Assembly: GCA_951406725.2 (NCBI GenBank)
Contig: OX597831.1
Span: 22,258,001-22,322,000 of the forward strand
Source of the DNA: Octopus vulgaris
Lineage: Eukaryota
Reading direction: 5' to 3'
Length of the DNA: 64,000 nucleotides
The notes beneath the pieces were generated by a model that worked only from the letters and a program-made list of their open reading frames with translations, was not told the origin of the DNA and made no database searches. The translations under genes were made by a program, and so were the position numbers. Shown here piece by piece: positions 10,922-27,115 of this stretch; position 1 is the stretch's first letter, and the number at the start of each line of letters is the position of its first letter.

Positions 10922-11702
10922 TGCATTTTCTGCAAGTCACGTTGCTTCAGTAAGCTTAATATCTTGGCAAAAAATAAAGTTGAAAATCACATTCGTGAAG
11001 AAAATGGAGAATGATCTGTAAAATTGCTTCCCGCAGTTAACGTAAGATAATTTTAAGTGGGTATATCTGATTTCCGCTGTAAAAGCGCTTAACAAAATGA
11101 ATTCGTAAAAACCACATCATATTCGTGAACGGCATATATAATATATAAGTGTGATACACAGATAGCTATAAAATTGATAATATTTAAATAAATAAAATTA
11201 TGTTAACTGATAATATTGAAATGAATAGAATTATAAAAGTAAATAAACCTTTAAATTGATAAAAGTAAAAAAAATTTTTTTTTTTTTTCAATATTTAGTT
11301 GTAGGATCTGGCCTAGAGGTTAGCCTGAAGGGAAAGTGAATTTTTCTCGTTTCGCACTTACAACATCTTAACGACTTGTCAGTTATATAATGGAAGGGTC
11401 GACGAGAAAGCCATTGTTGGATGGAGCTTAAGGCATCAACTAACTAACCTTAATTCAACTGTGTATGTATGTATGTATGTACGTACATGTATGTATGTAT
11501 GTATGAATGTATGTATGTGTGGCTAAACATACACACACACACATATATACGAATATATATTTATGTATGTATATATATGTATGTGTGTATATATATATGT
11601 ACACACATATATATATAGACGAATATATATTTATGTATAGACATATATATATATATGTGTGTAAATATATATAAAAATATATGCATGCTTATATATATAT
11701 AC

Positions 11703-11748
<46 letters not shown>

Positions 11749-11753
11749 TATAT

Positions 11754-11785
<32 letters not shown>

Positions 11786-11793
11786 GTGTGTGT

Positions 11794-11835
<42 letters not shown>

Positions 11836-12431
11836 CACACACACTGATGATAGATGATAGAAGTGTCTTGATGACTAATCTTGAAACGTACGTTCTCAAA
11901 TAACCTTTGCATTTGATTTTTTTATGTCTTTACCCCCAAACTTTCGTGAGTTGAGTCGACCAAACACTATACGAGAGAGATTTTCTTTAAGTATTAGAAA
12001 TGGTTTTTAAAAAAGTTTTTTAGCTGCTATTTCTAATGAGTTCAGTATGCGGCAAAGTAATCTATTTTACTAAGCCCTTTTATATATTTTATATATATAT
12101 ATATATATATAAGTATATCTCTCTGTGTGTATTTGTGTGTGTGTGTTTATAAATATGCACGAATGTGTGTGCGTGCGTGTGAATGTGAGTGATTGTCTGT
12201 ATGTGGCTTTAGGTATGTCGTTTATGTTTGTAAACTTTGCTCCCCCCACTTTATTTCACTTTAAATCCTGTACACCCCCACCTTCAACAAAGCTTACATC
12301 ATCACCGTTAGCTTCATCAGAGATATTAGTTATGCAAGTACTATCATCATTATCATCATCATATGATTATTATATAATCAACTTGCCCTATACCAAAAAT
12401 TTCAGGTCTTGTGCCTTTAGTAGAATGCAGA

Positions 12432-12868
12432 CAGTGCACGCCATCAAAGTGATGCTGGGGTAAAACATACGAAGCCCAATATGCCCATCATGACTATCCG
12501 TCTTATAACGGTACGCCAGGCAGCTGCATCACAACCGTATGTACATGACATGGTGATCTCATATCAAGATAAACAGCTCATGACCTTGCAGGTGGGGGCC
12601 CAGTTAGAATTTTCTTCAGGTCTCGTCGCCCATCCCACTCAAAAGGTCTCCGAATAAGGGTTGTTCAAGGATGTTGAACGAAACATCTACATTTCCAGCA
12701 GTGAATTATTCAAACATCAAAAATTCCACTCGACAAATGGTTATGATACTCCCCCATTTCTGCTCGTGATCAGAGATGCACATATTATCAACCATCAAGG
12801 GACATGCTCAACTAGTTATGGTCAAACAACTGACAAGAAAATCTGTAGTATTGAGCAGAATATTTGCT
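12432..12868 (-). mobile_element. Partial copy of the ~550-bp non-coding element seen at 55245-55777
   Basis: Colinear high similarity (aaagtga..ctggggtaaaa..tacgaagcccaatat...attgagcagaatatttgct). Confidence 0.8.
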
Positions 12869-13072
12869 TTACGTTCTGAGTTCAAAATTCGTTGAGGACG
12901 TCTTTGTTTATCATCCTTTTGTGGGTCAATAAAATAAGCACCAGTGTTATATACTTAGTGATGATATATGATGTGTGTGTGTGTGTGTGCGCGTGTGTAA
13001 CAATATAGCACAGTATCAAAATATAATCGTATGACAGTAAGCAATGTAAGAAGTGTTGGTTATTATAGGTGA

Positions 13073-13215
13073 AGGAGTGACTTGCTTACGAACAACAATG
13101 GTTCCGGGTTCAGTCCCACTGTGTGGCACCTTGGGCAAGCGTCTTCTACTATAGCCTCGGGCCGACCAAAGCCTTGTGACTGGATTTGGTAGACGGAAAC
13201 TGAAAGAAGCCCGTC

Positions 13216-13269
<54 letters not shown>

Positions 13270-13540
13270 GTGTGTGTGTGTGTGTAATATATGTGTATGT
13301 GTGTGTATATGTTTTTGTGTGTCTGTGTTTGTCCCCCGAACATCGCTTGACAACCGATGCTGGTGTGTTTACATCCCCGTAACTTAGCGGTTCGGCAAAA
13401 GAGACCGATAGAATAAGTACTAGGCTTACAAAGAATGAGCTCTGGGTTCGATTTGCTCGACTATAAAGGCAATGCTCCGGCATGGCCACAGTAATATGAC
13501 CGAAACAAGTAAAAAAGTATAAGAGTATAAAAGAGTATAA
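13073..13540 (+). mobile_element. SINE family B, near full length
   Basis: B box gggttcagtccc, CORE-like ggcaccttgggcaag, internal (TA)n(TG)n, 3' gaaacaagtaaaa tail. Confidence 0.85.
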
Positions 13541-13841
13541 CAAACCAGAGTATAACAAACCAGTTCGACCTTTACTGCAATAATTCTATTTTGGAACGTT
13601 GAATCTCGAAGCACACATGTGAATATTGAACTGCTCGTAGGATTTCGACTTTTCCTACCTAAATATTTAAAACCCAGTGTTTACATTGTATCATTTATAT
13701 CTTCATAATATAGTAGTAGTAGTAGTATTAGTGTGAAGGCGCGTGGCTTAGTGGTTAGGCGCATTCGGCTCATGATCGTACTGAAAGATTATAAATTATT
13801 ATGGTAATGTTACAACAGACAGTAGTAGTAGTAGTAGTAAT

Positions 13842-14157
13842 GTGAAGGCGCGTGGCTTAGTGGTTAGACGTATTCAGTTCGTGATCGTATGGTAGTGAGT
13901 TCAATTCCTGGCGGCGTGTTGTGTCCTTGAGCAGGACACTTTATTTCACGTTGCTCCAATCCACTCAGCTAAAAAAATGAGTCGTACCTGTATTTCAAAA
14001 GGGCCGACCTTGTCACACACTGTATCACGCTGAATCACCCGGAGAACTAGGTTAAAGGTACACATGTCTGTGGAATGCTCAGCCACTTGCACGTAAATTT
14101 CACGAGCAAGCTGTTCTGTTGATCGTATCAACTGGGACCCTTGTCCGACGGAGTGCT
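13842..14157 (+). mobile_element. tRNA-derived SINE family D (CORE-like ttgtgtccttgagcaggacactttatttcacgttgctcc)
   Basis: A box tggcttagtggtta and B box gagttcaattcc; flanked by (TAG)n. An isolated head copy lies at 13733-13780. Confidence 0.8.
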
Positions 14158-14287
14158 CTTCCTCCTAGTAGTAGTAGTAGTAGTAGTAGTAGCAGCAACA
14201 GCAACAGCTGAAGGAGTAGTAGTAGTAATAGCTGAAGGAGTAGTAGTAGTAGTAGTAGTAACTGAAGGAGTAGAAGTAGTAGTAGCT

Positions 14288-14322
<35 letters not shown>

Positions 14323-14598
14323 CGTTGTTGCTGGCGCTGAAAGAAAGAATAATGGAAAATTAGGAAGAGTTCTTCAAGCGGCAATCTGGCAGCATCGTTA
14401 AGGAATCAGACATAATCATCGCTTATTTTCTCCGGATCTTTGACTTCTGTGTTCGAATCCCGTTGGGGTTAACTTTCGTCCCATTCAGAGTTCCAAAATC
14501 ATGTACCAGTCATTAATTAAGGTCAAAGGTGTAGACACTGACACCATCCCCCTCAAAACTGCTGACTCTGTACCTAAACCATAAACAATTATTGTTGC

Positions 14599-14795
14599 AA
14601 TAATTCGATTTTGGATCGTTGAATCTCGAAGCACACATGTAAAATATTGAGCTGCTCGTGGGATTTCGTCTTTTTTTCTATCTAAGTATTTATAACCCAG
14701 TATATTTACGTGGTATTATTTATAGCTTCATGTGTGTTTCGAGATCCACTGTTCCAGAGAAAAATTATTTCACGATCTATTGAAAGTTTATAAAT
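14599..14795. mobile_element. Short fold-back repeat with ~45-bp imperfect inverted repeats and a one-sided extension
   Basis: aataatt..tggatcgttgaatctcgaagcacacatg pairs with catgtgtgtttcgagatccactgttcca..aattatt. Related copies at 9725, 13575 and 32250. Confidence 0.65.
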
Positions 14796-15385
14796 TATTA
14801 TTGTAATGTTACAACAGATAGTAGTAGTAGTAGTTGTTGTTGTTGTTGTTTTTGTTGTAGAATTTGTTGTATCAGTGTTTATGCCATATCATCAGGAGAA
14901 AAATCAATATGATATCACGCTTTCATTGCTCTTCTTCATTTCCCTTTTGTTTTTCTCTCTACTTTGTCTTTCTTTCTACTTTGTCTCTCTCTCTCTGTCC
15001 CACCCTAAATCCTTCTCTCTCTCTTTCTCCCCTTCATATCTTCTCAGGCATACTACTTCACACTTTTATCTTTGTTTCTCTCTTTATCTCACACTCTCTT
15101 TCTTTCCCTTCACCTCTATTTCACATTCTCTTCTTATTTATCCTTTATTTTCTTATTTTGCTACACCCCCATCTCTCTCTCTCTCTGTCTCTCTCACACT
15201 CTTTATCCCTTTCTCTCTCTACACACGTCTTACTCGCTCTCCCCGCCTCCCTCTCTCTCCTCCCCTCCTATCTCACTGTTTCTCTCCATCTTTCTCACCC
15301 TCACTATCTCTGAAGCTCTGTCTCCCCCTTTCTCCCCCTCTCACTTCCTGCACGTATACATACATACATACATACGTACATACAT

Positions 15386-15448
<63 letters not shown>

Positions 15449-15542
15449 CATATACATGCATTCATATACATATATATATACATACACACACATACATAAA
15501 TACATACACACACATACATACATACATACATGCATACATACA

Positions 15543-15576
<34 letters not shown>

Positions 15577-15962
15577 CATACTCAGAATAATCATTTAGGA
15601 TCTCACTCAGGCTCTCCTTTTTTTGTCGTTCCCTTTTTCTTTCAGCCAATGTCTGTTACTGCCTACATATAATTCCTTATCTACTCACAGTCACTCACTC
15701 ACAGTCACTCACTCACTCACTCACTCACTCACTCACTCACTCACTCACTCTCTCACTCGCTCACTCAATCACACATTTACCCGTATAATCCAAGATTATG
15801 TTAGGGTATTCTTTGCAATGCTTTTCTGTCTGTGTACATACGAACCTACTTAACTATACATACATGTGCTCAGAAAACAAACACACTCATACATGCACGC
15901 GTACACACTTGCAAATAATTATATGTACATATCTTCATATGTCTATGTACCTATCTATCTGC

Positions 15963-16035
<73 letters not shown>

Positions 16036-16080
16036 CATCCATCCATCCATCCATCCATCCATCCATCCATCCATCCATCC

Positions 16081-16135
<55 letters not shown>

Positions 16136-16158
16136 CATCTATCCACATCTCTCTCTCT

Positions 16159-16206
<48 letters not shown>

Positions 16207-16368
16207 TTGGGGCTGGCCAGATTGGAGCAATCTCAAGATTAATCAGCCGAAATTGCGAGGATGATCCGGTTCTTGACGGAAGATTAAAGGGTTGGAATGA
16301 CCCGTCCGTGTTTTTTGTATCGTCTATCTGGACGTTTTGCGTTCTTGTCCCATTTTATATATATACAT

Positions 16369-16422
<54 letters not shown>

Positions 16423-16447
16423 ATATATATGTGTGTATATATATATA

Positions 16448-16691
<244 letters not shown>

Positions 16692-16854
16692 GACTGTGTG
16701 AACAAACGAAATACACTGTCTTTTGTTTCATGCATTTAATTATCTGGAAACTTTAAGTAATGCAGAGATGAATGAAACATTTAGTAAAAGCATGTACGTA
16801 TGTATGTATGTATCAATCTGTCTATCCGTCTATCTCTTTTTCTCTTTCTCTTTC

Positions 16855-17250
16855 TCTTTTATTCTCTTTTACTTGTTTCAGTTATTTGACTGCGGCCATG
16901 CTGGAGCACCGCCTTTAGTCGTGCAACTCGACCCCGGGACTTATTCTTTGTAAGCCCAGTGCATATTCTATCGGTCTCTTTTGCCGAACCGCTAAGTGAT
17001 GGTGACATAAACACACCAGCATCGGTTGTCAAGCAATGCTAGGGGGACAAACACAGACACACAGACATACACACATATATATACATATATACGACGGGCT
17101 TCTTTCAGTTTCCGTCTAACCAAATCCACTCACAAGGCTTTGGTCGGCCCGAGGCTATAGTAGAAGACACTTGCCTAAGGTGCCAAGCAGTGGGACTGAA
17201 CCTGGAACCATGTGGTTGTTAAGCATGATACTTATCACACAGCCACTTCT
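16855..17250 (-). mobile_element. SINE family B, full length
   Basis: Reverse complement of 13073-13540. Confidence 0.85.
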
Positions 17251-17254
17251 GTAC

Positions 17255-17640
17255 CTTGGAAGCACTCCGTCGGTTACGACGACGAGGGTTCCGGTTGATC
17301 CGAATCAACGGAACAGCCTGCTCGTGAAATTAACGTGTAAGTGGCTGAGCACTCCACAGACACGTGCACCCTTAACGTAGTTCTCAGGGATATTCAGCGT
17401 TACACAGAGAGTGACAAGGCCGGCCCCTTGAAATACAGGTACAACAGAAACAGGAAGTAAGAGTGGAGTGAGAGAAAGTTGAGGCAAAAGAGTACAACAG
17501 GGGTCGCCACCACACCCTGCCGGAGCCTCGTGGAGCTTTAGGTGTTTTCGCTCAATAAACAACGCCCGGTCTGGGAATCGAAACCGCGATCCTATGACCG
17601 CGAGTCCGCTGCCCTAACCACTGGGCCATTGCGCCTTCAC
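17255..17640 (-). mobile_element. Chimeric SINE: family C head with family D 3' region
   Basis: 17450-17640 matches 4760-4940. 17260-17445 is the reverse complement of about 13985-14157. Confidence 0.75.
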
Positions 17641-17649
17641 ATTTCTGTA

Positions 17650-17799
<150 letters not shown>

Positions 17800-18194
17800 C
17801 ATATATATATATATATACATACATATATATATATATATACATACATATATATATATATATATATACATATTTGCGTCGGTGTCGATCTTTCAACATGAAT
17901 GCATATACACACATATATAAAACATACATTCAAAAATGCATACATATATATCGATATAGCTATAGATACATTTAGACACACACATGTGAGTGTGTGTGTG
18001 AGAGTGTGAGTACAAATCTATCTATATATCTTTAAACATGCAAGTATAGATTAACAAGCATAAATATATTTACACACACACACACACAAATAGAAAAATG
18101 TATACGCACACACACACAAACACATGCGCACACAAAGAAACACACACATATGTATGTATGTCTATATACGTATGTGTGCGTGTTTATATACATA

Positions 18195-18252
<58 letters not shown>

Positions 18253-18622
18253 AATATATATATATATATATGTATAAAAGTATATATGTATACATATAAT
18301 ATGTGTGTGTGTGTGTGTGCGTGAGTGCGTGTGTGTGTGTATCTATATGTTTCCAAACGCATATAGAAAAAAGTAGAGGTTAATTTTCTGCATCAATTAT
18401 TTTCTTTATTCAGAGTGGTTTTTTCTTACGCATCCTTTGCGTTTCTCATTTTTCCAGTTACACCTTGAAACAGCCTTTTGTTTGTTGTTTGCTTTTTAAG
18501 CATTGTAGTTGTTGTTGTTCACTTTTTGGTTGTCGATCTGCTTCTTCTACTTCTTCTTCTTCTTCTTCTTGTTCTTGTTCTTTTTTTTTTTGTTTTTGCT
18601 GTTGATGTTGTTACTGCTGCCT

Positions 18623-18661
<39 letters not shown>

Positions 18662-18852
18662 TTTATCAGTCAATTTTTTTTTTTATATCCATTTTGCTTT
18701 CCTGATTCGAGGATCAGTTTAAAGTAGAGGAATCAATAATTCTTGCGTAACAGCTCACTGCTGTGGCACTGACTGAAGTCAATTACATAATGTAGAACAG
18801 TATCGTCAGCATCAACAGCAACATCATCAACAGCACCTACTTCGAAACGCTG

Positions 18853-18890
18853 TTCTTCTTCTTCTTCTTCTTCTTCTTCTTCTTCTTCTT

Positions 18891-18921
<31 letters not shown>

Positions 18922-18926
18922 TAATT

Positions 18927-18957
<31 letters not shown>

Positions 18958-18968
18958 TAATTCTTCTT

Positions 18969-18999
<31 letters not shown>

Positions 19000-19010
19000 T
19001 AATTCTTCTT

Positions 19011-19041
<31 letters not shown>

Positions 19042-19052
19042 TAATTCTTCTT

Positions 19053-19083
<31 letters not shown>

Positions 19084-19220
19084 TAATTCTTCTTCTTCTT
19101 CTTCTTCTTCTTCTTATAATTCTTCTTCTTCTTCTTCTTCTTCTTCTTATAATTCTTCTTCTTCTTCTTCTTCTTCTTATAATTCTTCTTCTTCTTCTTC
19201 TTCTTCTTATAATTCTTCTT

Positions 19221-19251
<31 letters not shown>

Positions 19252-19325
19252 TAATTCTTCTTCTTCTTCTTCTTCTTCTTATAATTCTTCTTCTTCTTCT
19301 TCTTCTTCTTATAATTCTTCTTCTT

Positions 19326-19355
<30 letters not shown>
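18853..19355. repeat. Higher-order microsatellite [(CTT)n ATAATT] with 12 interruptions
   Basis: ataatt at 18921, 18957, 18999, 19041, 19083, 19116, 19149, 19179, 19209, 19251, 19281 and 19311. Confidence 0.95.
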
Positions 19356-19397
<42 letters not shown>

Positions 19398-19448
19398 AAT
19401 AATAATAATAATGATAATAATGGTAATAATAATAATAATATTAATAAC

Positions 19449-19489
<41 letters not shown>

Positions 19490-19643
19490 TTATGATGATG
19501 ATGATGATGATGATGATAAAAAATTAATTTTTTTTGTAATTATAAATATTATTATTTATATTTTTATTATTGAAATAATGACGACCGTAATAATAATAAT
19601 AATAATAATAATAATAGTAACAACAACAGTAATAATAATAATG

Positions 19644-19686
<43 letters not shown>

Positions 19687-20110
19687 CAACAGCAAGAATA
19701 ATGATTATAATAATAATAACAACAACAACAACAACAACAACAATAATTGCCTGTCAGGTAGATGTAGTTACCACGAGACCACTTTAAACCATAGTATGAT
19801 TTATGAAAATAAATGTTTCATGTTTTTTTGTCTAATGACAAACTCTTGACTCGGAGTAATATAGTCATAACGAGTGATGCATGAAGATGTAGATAACCGA
19901 ATGTCTTCTTGAGACACAGCAGGTGTAAGATTAATCTAGGTTCATGGTACTAATGCACATTGGACAAGGAATATCAATGCACTTGTTAGTAGAATCTTCT
20001 TCCAAGGTATCAGTTATGCTGTTACACCAAACAGGTGTTCAATGAACTTATACTGGGGACAAATATATACACTGGTGAAAATTAACAATGAATGGCTTGT
20101 TGAAAAATAC

Positions 20111-20841
20111 CAACCACATGGGTAATACTCAAATGTAAAGCAACGCTGGTTGACGAAGTTAGAAATCGAGGTTGAGGAGAGATTGTTACTGTTTATATGA
20201 TCGTGTTTTAAGTAGAGAGAATGATAGCAGTGATATTTATAAAAGTAATAACATTATCAATGATAAATGTAACATAATTTATTACTTTTCGATAAACATA
20301 ACGTTAACTATTTTAATAATGTAAGCATTGATATTTCTGAACACCATATTTCTTCATTTACTTTTGGGTTTGTGTCTGAACTGCATCCAGTAATAAGGCC
20401 CTGGTTCAGGAGTTACAGGATTTCAAGAAGTGTAGAACCATCTCACAGCCACTAGTGTTCTCAGGTCTGCTCTCAAGCAACCACGCAGGCATTACTTAAA
20501 TGCACCGCAACATTGGTTGACGAAGTTTAAAATCAGCGTTGTAGAAAGTGTTTGTTACAGTTTATTTGATGATGCTTTAAACTGAAAAACTGATAGTAAT
20601 GATATTTATAATAATAAGAATGCTATTAATTATGAAATTAATATAATTACGTAACGATAAGCATAACATTAACTATCTTAATAATGCGAACATTGATATT
20701 TCTGGACATCGTATTTCTTCATTTTGTCCAAGGTATGACAGTAAATTGCATCCAGTAATGAGACCCTTGTTCAGGTGTTGCAGGATTTTGAGAAGTGTAG
20801 AACCATCTCTTAGCCACTATTTGTTCCCAGATCTACTCTCA
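20111..20841. repeat. Diverged tandem duplication, period 367 bp
   Basis: Units 20111-20477 and 20478-20841 share ggttgacgaagtt, cattgatatttctg, tgcatccagtaat and agaagtgtagaaccatctc. Confidence 0.85.
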
Positions 20842-21217
20842 CCCAGAATAGTAACACCACCAGGGTCCCATTTATTAGACTGATTATAATGTCATGGAAG
20901 AAACTCCAAGTACTAACCCTCAGTGCTTTGTGAATTCAATGGGAAAGGGAAAAGGCTAGGGGCGTCAAGTTCGACTGAAAATCAGGGAGTGGAATCACTC
21001 AGGCGGTCCAGTGTCCTCTTTTACTGTGAACCGGCAACTTCAGCGTAGATGGAGCTCACCAGCTCTGTAAGCAGAAGGCCACTCCACTGTAAAACCTACA
21101 GCGTGCTGGTCATCGCAGTCGTCTTAGTTCACTGAGCCACGTGGACTGACTTCCACCTTAAAATGACTCTGCGCTGGCAGGAAGAAAACCCCAGCAGGGT
21201 CAAGGATCGGCTTATAT

Positions 21218-21674
21218 CAGTGATTCTCAATCAAGGTCCATATGACCCTTAGGGGCCCATACATGATTTTGTTGTTAAAGCTTATGAAAAATAAATTGGT
21301 TATACTTTTAGAACATACAAATTATTTTAACAATTTTTTCATACCACTCCTAATGATATCTAATTATAAAAATATAATAGGATTTCTGTTAACAGGTGTT
21401 GAAATGTTCCTGGCTTTGAGTAAAAGAAAATACAAGAAAAACAGTTAATTATGATTTTATTCAACAAATTCTCATCTCAGATTCACGCACACGTATTGAA
21501 TCAGTCCTTCAGGTTTTTAAAGCTCTGTAAAAGAACTCAGAAGGTCGGGCCTCCAGCCAAGCCTTTCGTGATATCCTTAAAGCCATGAACTTTTCAGCGC
21601 CGTCTCATATGGGCCAGTAGAGCAAAATAAGAATCAAACGGGTCCATAGGCAAAAAAATGGTCAAGAGCTACTG
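21218..21674. mobile_element. hAT (Charlie-like) MITE
   Basis: Degenerate TIRs cagtgattctcaa / tcaagagctactg, with 8-bp flanks gcttatat and atttatat (6/8 identical). Confidence 0.6.
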
Positions 21675-21967
21675 ATTTATATAGTTACTTGAAGGCATGC
21701 CACTCTTCCTCACGATCTTCGGATACGATGAAATTGCGATCACCATTTCTCAATAAATAGCAAATACAACTTCTGTTGCTGTTAGAATTCGGTAACACTC
21801 TTTGGCACTCCTTAGCAGTTGAACGAGAAGAATTCGGTGATGCATGTATCCACAGCTTTCTAAAATACAAACTGAACTAGCATTCACAATTTGTATTCAC
21901 AAGTTTAATAGCCAGCCTTTCTCATTAGATACAAAATAAATTAAAAGATATTGCGTGCTAAAGGATA

Positions 21968-22285
21968 TTCGGAGACCCCCTTCGGTCACGACCCAAACCA
22001 TGGGATTGCACCTAGAAAGTTACCGTCCTAGGCACAATACCGGGCGAGGTTGTTTATGGAAGACCAGCAGTCGCCCATGCATACCAGCCTCCCCTCTCCA
22101 CGCCACCAGTGTTATCCAAGGGAAAGACAAAGGCCGATACAACTTGGCACCAGCTGAGTGAACTGGAGCAACGTGAAATAAAGTGCCTTGCTCAAGAACA
22201 CAACACGCAGCCCGGTCCGGGATTCGAGCTCACAACCTCACGATCGTAAGCTCGACACTCTAACCACTGAGCCATGCACCTTCAC
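21968..22285 (-). mobile_element. SINE family D variant with a different 3' tail
   Basis: Head gtgaaggtgcatggctcagtggttag and CORE-like ttcttgagcaaggcactttatttcacgttgctcc on the minus strand. Confidence 0.7.
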
Positions 22286-22528
22286 TACTAAAGGATATAA
22301 CGGATCATAACCTTATCATATCGGCCATGAATTTGTGAGTTTGCAGGTTACTTGATTAATCTTGGTACTTGACGAGTACTAAGGTTAATAAAAAGTAAAT
22401 TTGACTTCGGTGGGCAATAATAATGATGATAATAATAATCCTCTTTATTAAAGGCACGAGGCCTGAAATTTGAGGGAGGGGTATAGTCGATTACATTGAC
22501 CCCAGTACTCAACTGGTACTTGATTTGA

Positions 22529-22761
22529 AAGGCGGCGAGCTGGCAGAAACGTTAGCACACCGGGCGAAATGCGTAGCTGTATTTCGTCTGCCATTACGTT
22601 CTGAGTTCAAATTCCGCCGACGTTGACTTTGCCTTTCATCCTTTCGGGGTCGATAAATTAAGTACCAGTTACGCACTGGGGTCGATGTAATCGACTTAAT
22701 CCGTTTGTCTGTCCTTGTTTGTCCCCTCTGTGTTTAACCCCTTGTGGGTAGTAAAGAAATA
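22529..22761 (+). mobile_element. SINE family A nested antisense inside an older family A copy
   Basis: 12-bp target duplication ggtacttgattt at 22515-22526 and 22762-22773. The host copy spans about 22445-22792 on the minus strand. Confidence 0.85.
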
Positions 22762-22975
22762 GGTACTTGATTTATTGACATCGAAAGGATGATTTAAATC
22801 AATTTAAATGTCTGTGTTGTATTACATGAACATATTTAGCTACTGACACAGCTAAGATTAGTAAGGAAAGTCAGCCTTTCACGCATAATCTTAGCAAACA
22901 AATAATAATATGTGACAGAATTATATTTAGTGATTAACTGGCACCGAAATTTCGCCGGCGTTTCAAAAATGTTCC

Positions 22976-23250
22976 ATGAAATTTACCAGCATGTTGCAGA
23001 AAAAATATCCTCGTTTCAAACAAATATATCCTCAGCCGCCTATTGTAGCCTTTTGTCGGAATAAAAATATAAGACAACTATTAACCTTTTCTTTTGACTC
23101 TAAGAAAACTAACATTTCTGGAGTTTCTGCACGCTGTACCTTGAAAAACAGTCGCAAGAGAGGTAAACTCTATGCACTGTGCAGCATGAGTCAAGTTAAT
23201 TCCATCGGAATTTCATAAACAGAAATGTTATTATGATTTACACGGAAGGT
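22976..23250 (+). pseudogene. Penelope-like element fragment (linker between RT and GIY-YIG)
   Basis: FKQIYPQPPIVAFCRNKNIRQLL matches the PLE linker motif PPxVAFRRxKNLRDxL, followed by Cys residues (ARCT...LCSM). Confidence 0.6.
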
Positions 23251-23334
23251 GGAACGCGGAGAGATTTCCATTTGGTCTGTTTACCTTTATTGGGTAGTTA
23301 CGTCAATCCTTTTATAATAATAATAATAATAATG

Positions 23335-23396
<62 letters not shown>

Positions 23397-23423
23397 AGCA
23401 ATAACAATAACAACAGCAACAAT

Positions 23424-23469
<46 letters not shown>

Positions 23470-23515
23470 ATGATGATGATAATAATAATAATAATAATAA
23501 TAATAATATCATAAG

Positions 23516-23748
23516 AAGGCGGCGAGCTTGCAGAACTGTTAGCACGCCGGGCGAAATGCGTAGCCGTATTTCGTCTGCCGTTACGTTCTGAGTTCAAATT
23601 CCGCCGAGGTCGACTTTGCCTTTCATCCTTTCGGGGTCGATAAATTAAGTACCAGTTACGCACTGGGGTCAATGTAATCGACTTAATCCGTTTGTCTGTC
23701 CTTGTTTGTCTCCTCTGTGTGCAGCCCCTTGTGGGTAGTAAAGAAACA
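23516..23748 (+). mobile_element. SINE family A, full length, within (TAA)n
   Basis: aaggcggcgagct...gagttcaaattcc...tttcatcctttcggggtcgataaattaagtaccag...gtgggtagtaaagaaa. Confidence 0.85.
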
Positions 23749-23761
23749 GATAATAATAATG

Positions 23762-23825
<64 letters not shown>

Positions 23826-23899
23826 TAATAGTCCTTTCTACAATAGGCCCAGGCCTGAAATTTTGGTGGGAGGGGACTAGTCAATCACATCGATTCCAT

Positions 23900-25840
<1,941 letters not shown>

Positions 25841-27115
25841 AACAGTGATCTTAAATTTAGAATAGCGAATGCGTGATTACGCAACTGACAAAAAAATAAA
25901 TAAAAAATAAATGATTCTTCATATAGAATATTAAAAAAAATAGTGGTGGAAAGAAATAAGCAAAAATTTTAAATTTGTATCCCATAATGCATTATTGATA
26001 TCCGGTGTCATCATTTAAGAATTATGTAAAACGAAAAAAAAAAAAAAAAATGAATATTTAATGAAAAACAAATAAAACAATGCACTTTGTTTCAGAAAAG
26101 GAATAAAATCGGTCAAAAGCAACAAAACCAAAAAAAAAAAAGAAGAAGAAAAAAAAACCCCACTAAAATAAATAAATAAATGAATAAATAAATCAATGCT
26201 GTTAAAGACGAAAGGAAGTCTGTGAGAATTGGTACATCAATAAAATCTTTGGTCCATATAGATTGTTTTAAAATACGGATGAACTTAAAGGCGACTTTGA
26301 AAGTTGATTGGGTCAGCTTTTGAATATTTCATGCAGACATTGATTTCAACGTCTGAACAAAATTAATGGATTATTTGTTATTGTTGCTCTTCTTGTTGTT
26401 GTCGTCGTTGTTGTTATTGTTGTTGTTCTCGGGCGTATTGCCGTTGCTTTTAGCGTTTTTAAAAAAAATAAAATACTTTTTGACGATGTGTTCTAAATTC
26501 CACTAAATTGAAGGAGTAAAACAGTGACTATAACATCAAATAGAGGGAGAGTTCTTGAAAAATCAAGGCTAAACGTCAAGGGATCAGTGTAATGCAGGGC
26601 TTTACATAACAGAAGGGGCACACAATTTAAACAGATTAAAATATGTGAGAACTGCTTGAGTATTACGAATGAACAATTTAGTGATGCCTTCACACGAATA
26701 AATATATCTTAACCCAGTGAAAAACACAGTCATCACAAGACTAACTTTTGCCCTAACAGATAATAAATAGACTCCACTGCGTAGGAAGCACGCTTTTTAA
26801 AAAACTATTTGTCAATTATTTCAGTCATTAGACTACGGCCATGTTGGGGCACCACTTTGAGGAATTAATAGTCAAATGAATCAACCAAAGTACCATGTTT
26901 TAGACAGGTACTTATTTATTGATATCTTTTGCCGAACCTCTAGCTTACAGGAATGTAAACAAACCAACATCTGTTGTCAAGCAGTGGTGGGAAACACACA
27001 CACACACACATACACACGCAAACACATAATACATAAACACACACACACACACAAACATATTAATACATAAACACGCGGGCGGACACACACACACACACAC
27101 AAAAGCACACATATA

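Noticed and set aside
11865-11900. ttgatga...gaaacgtacgttc hammerhead-like motif (also 60043-60070, 53577-53605)
   Set aside because: Core mutated and helices I/II cannot be formed convincingly.
18827-19450. Protamine-like poly-arginine ORF
   Set aside because: Arises from the (CTT)n/ATAATT repeat, uses a single codon type and has no credible start context.
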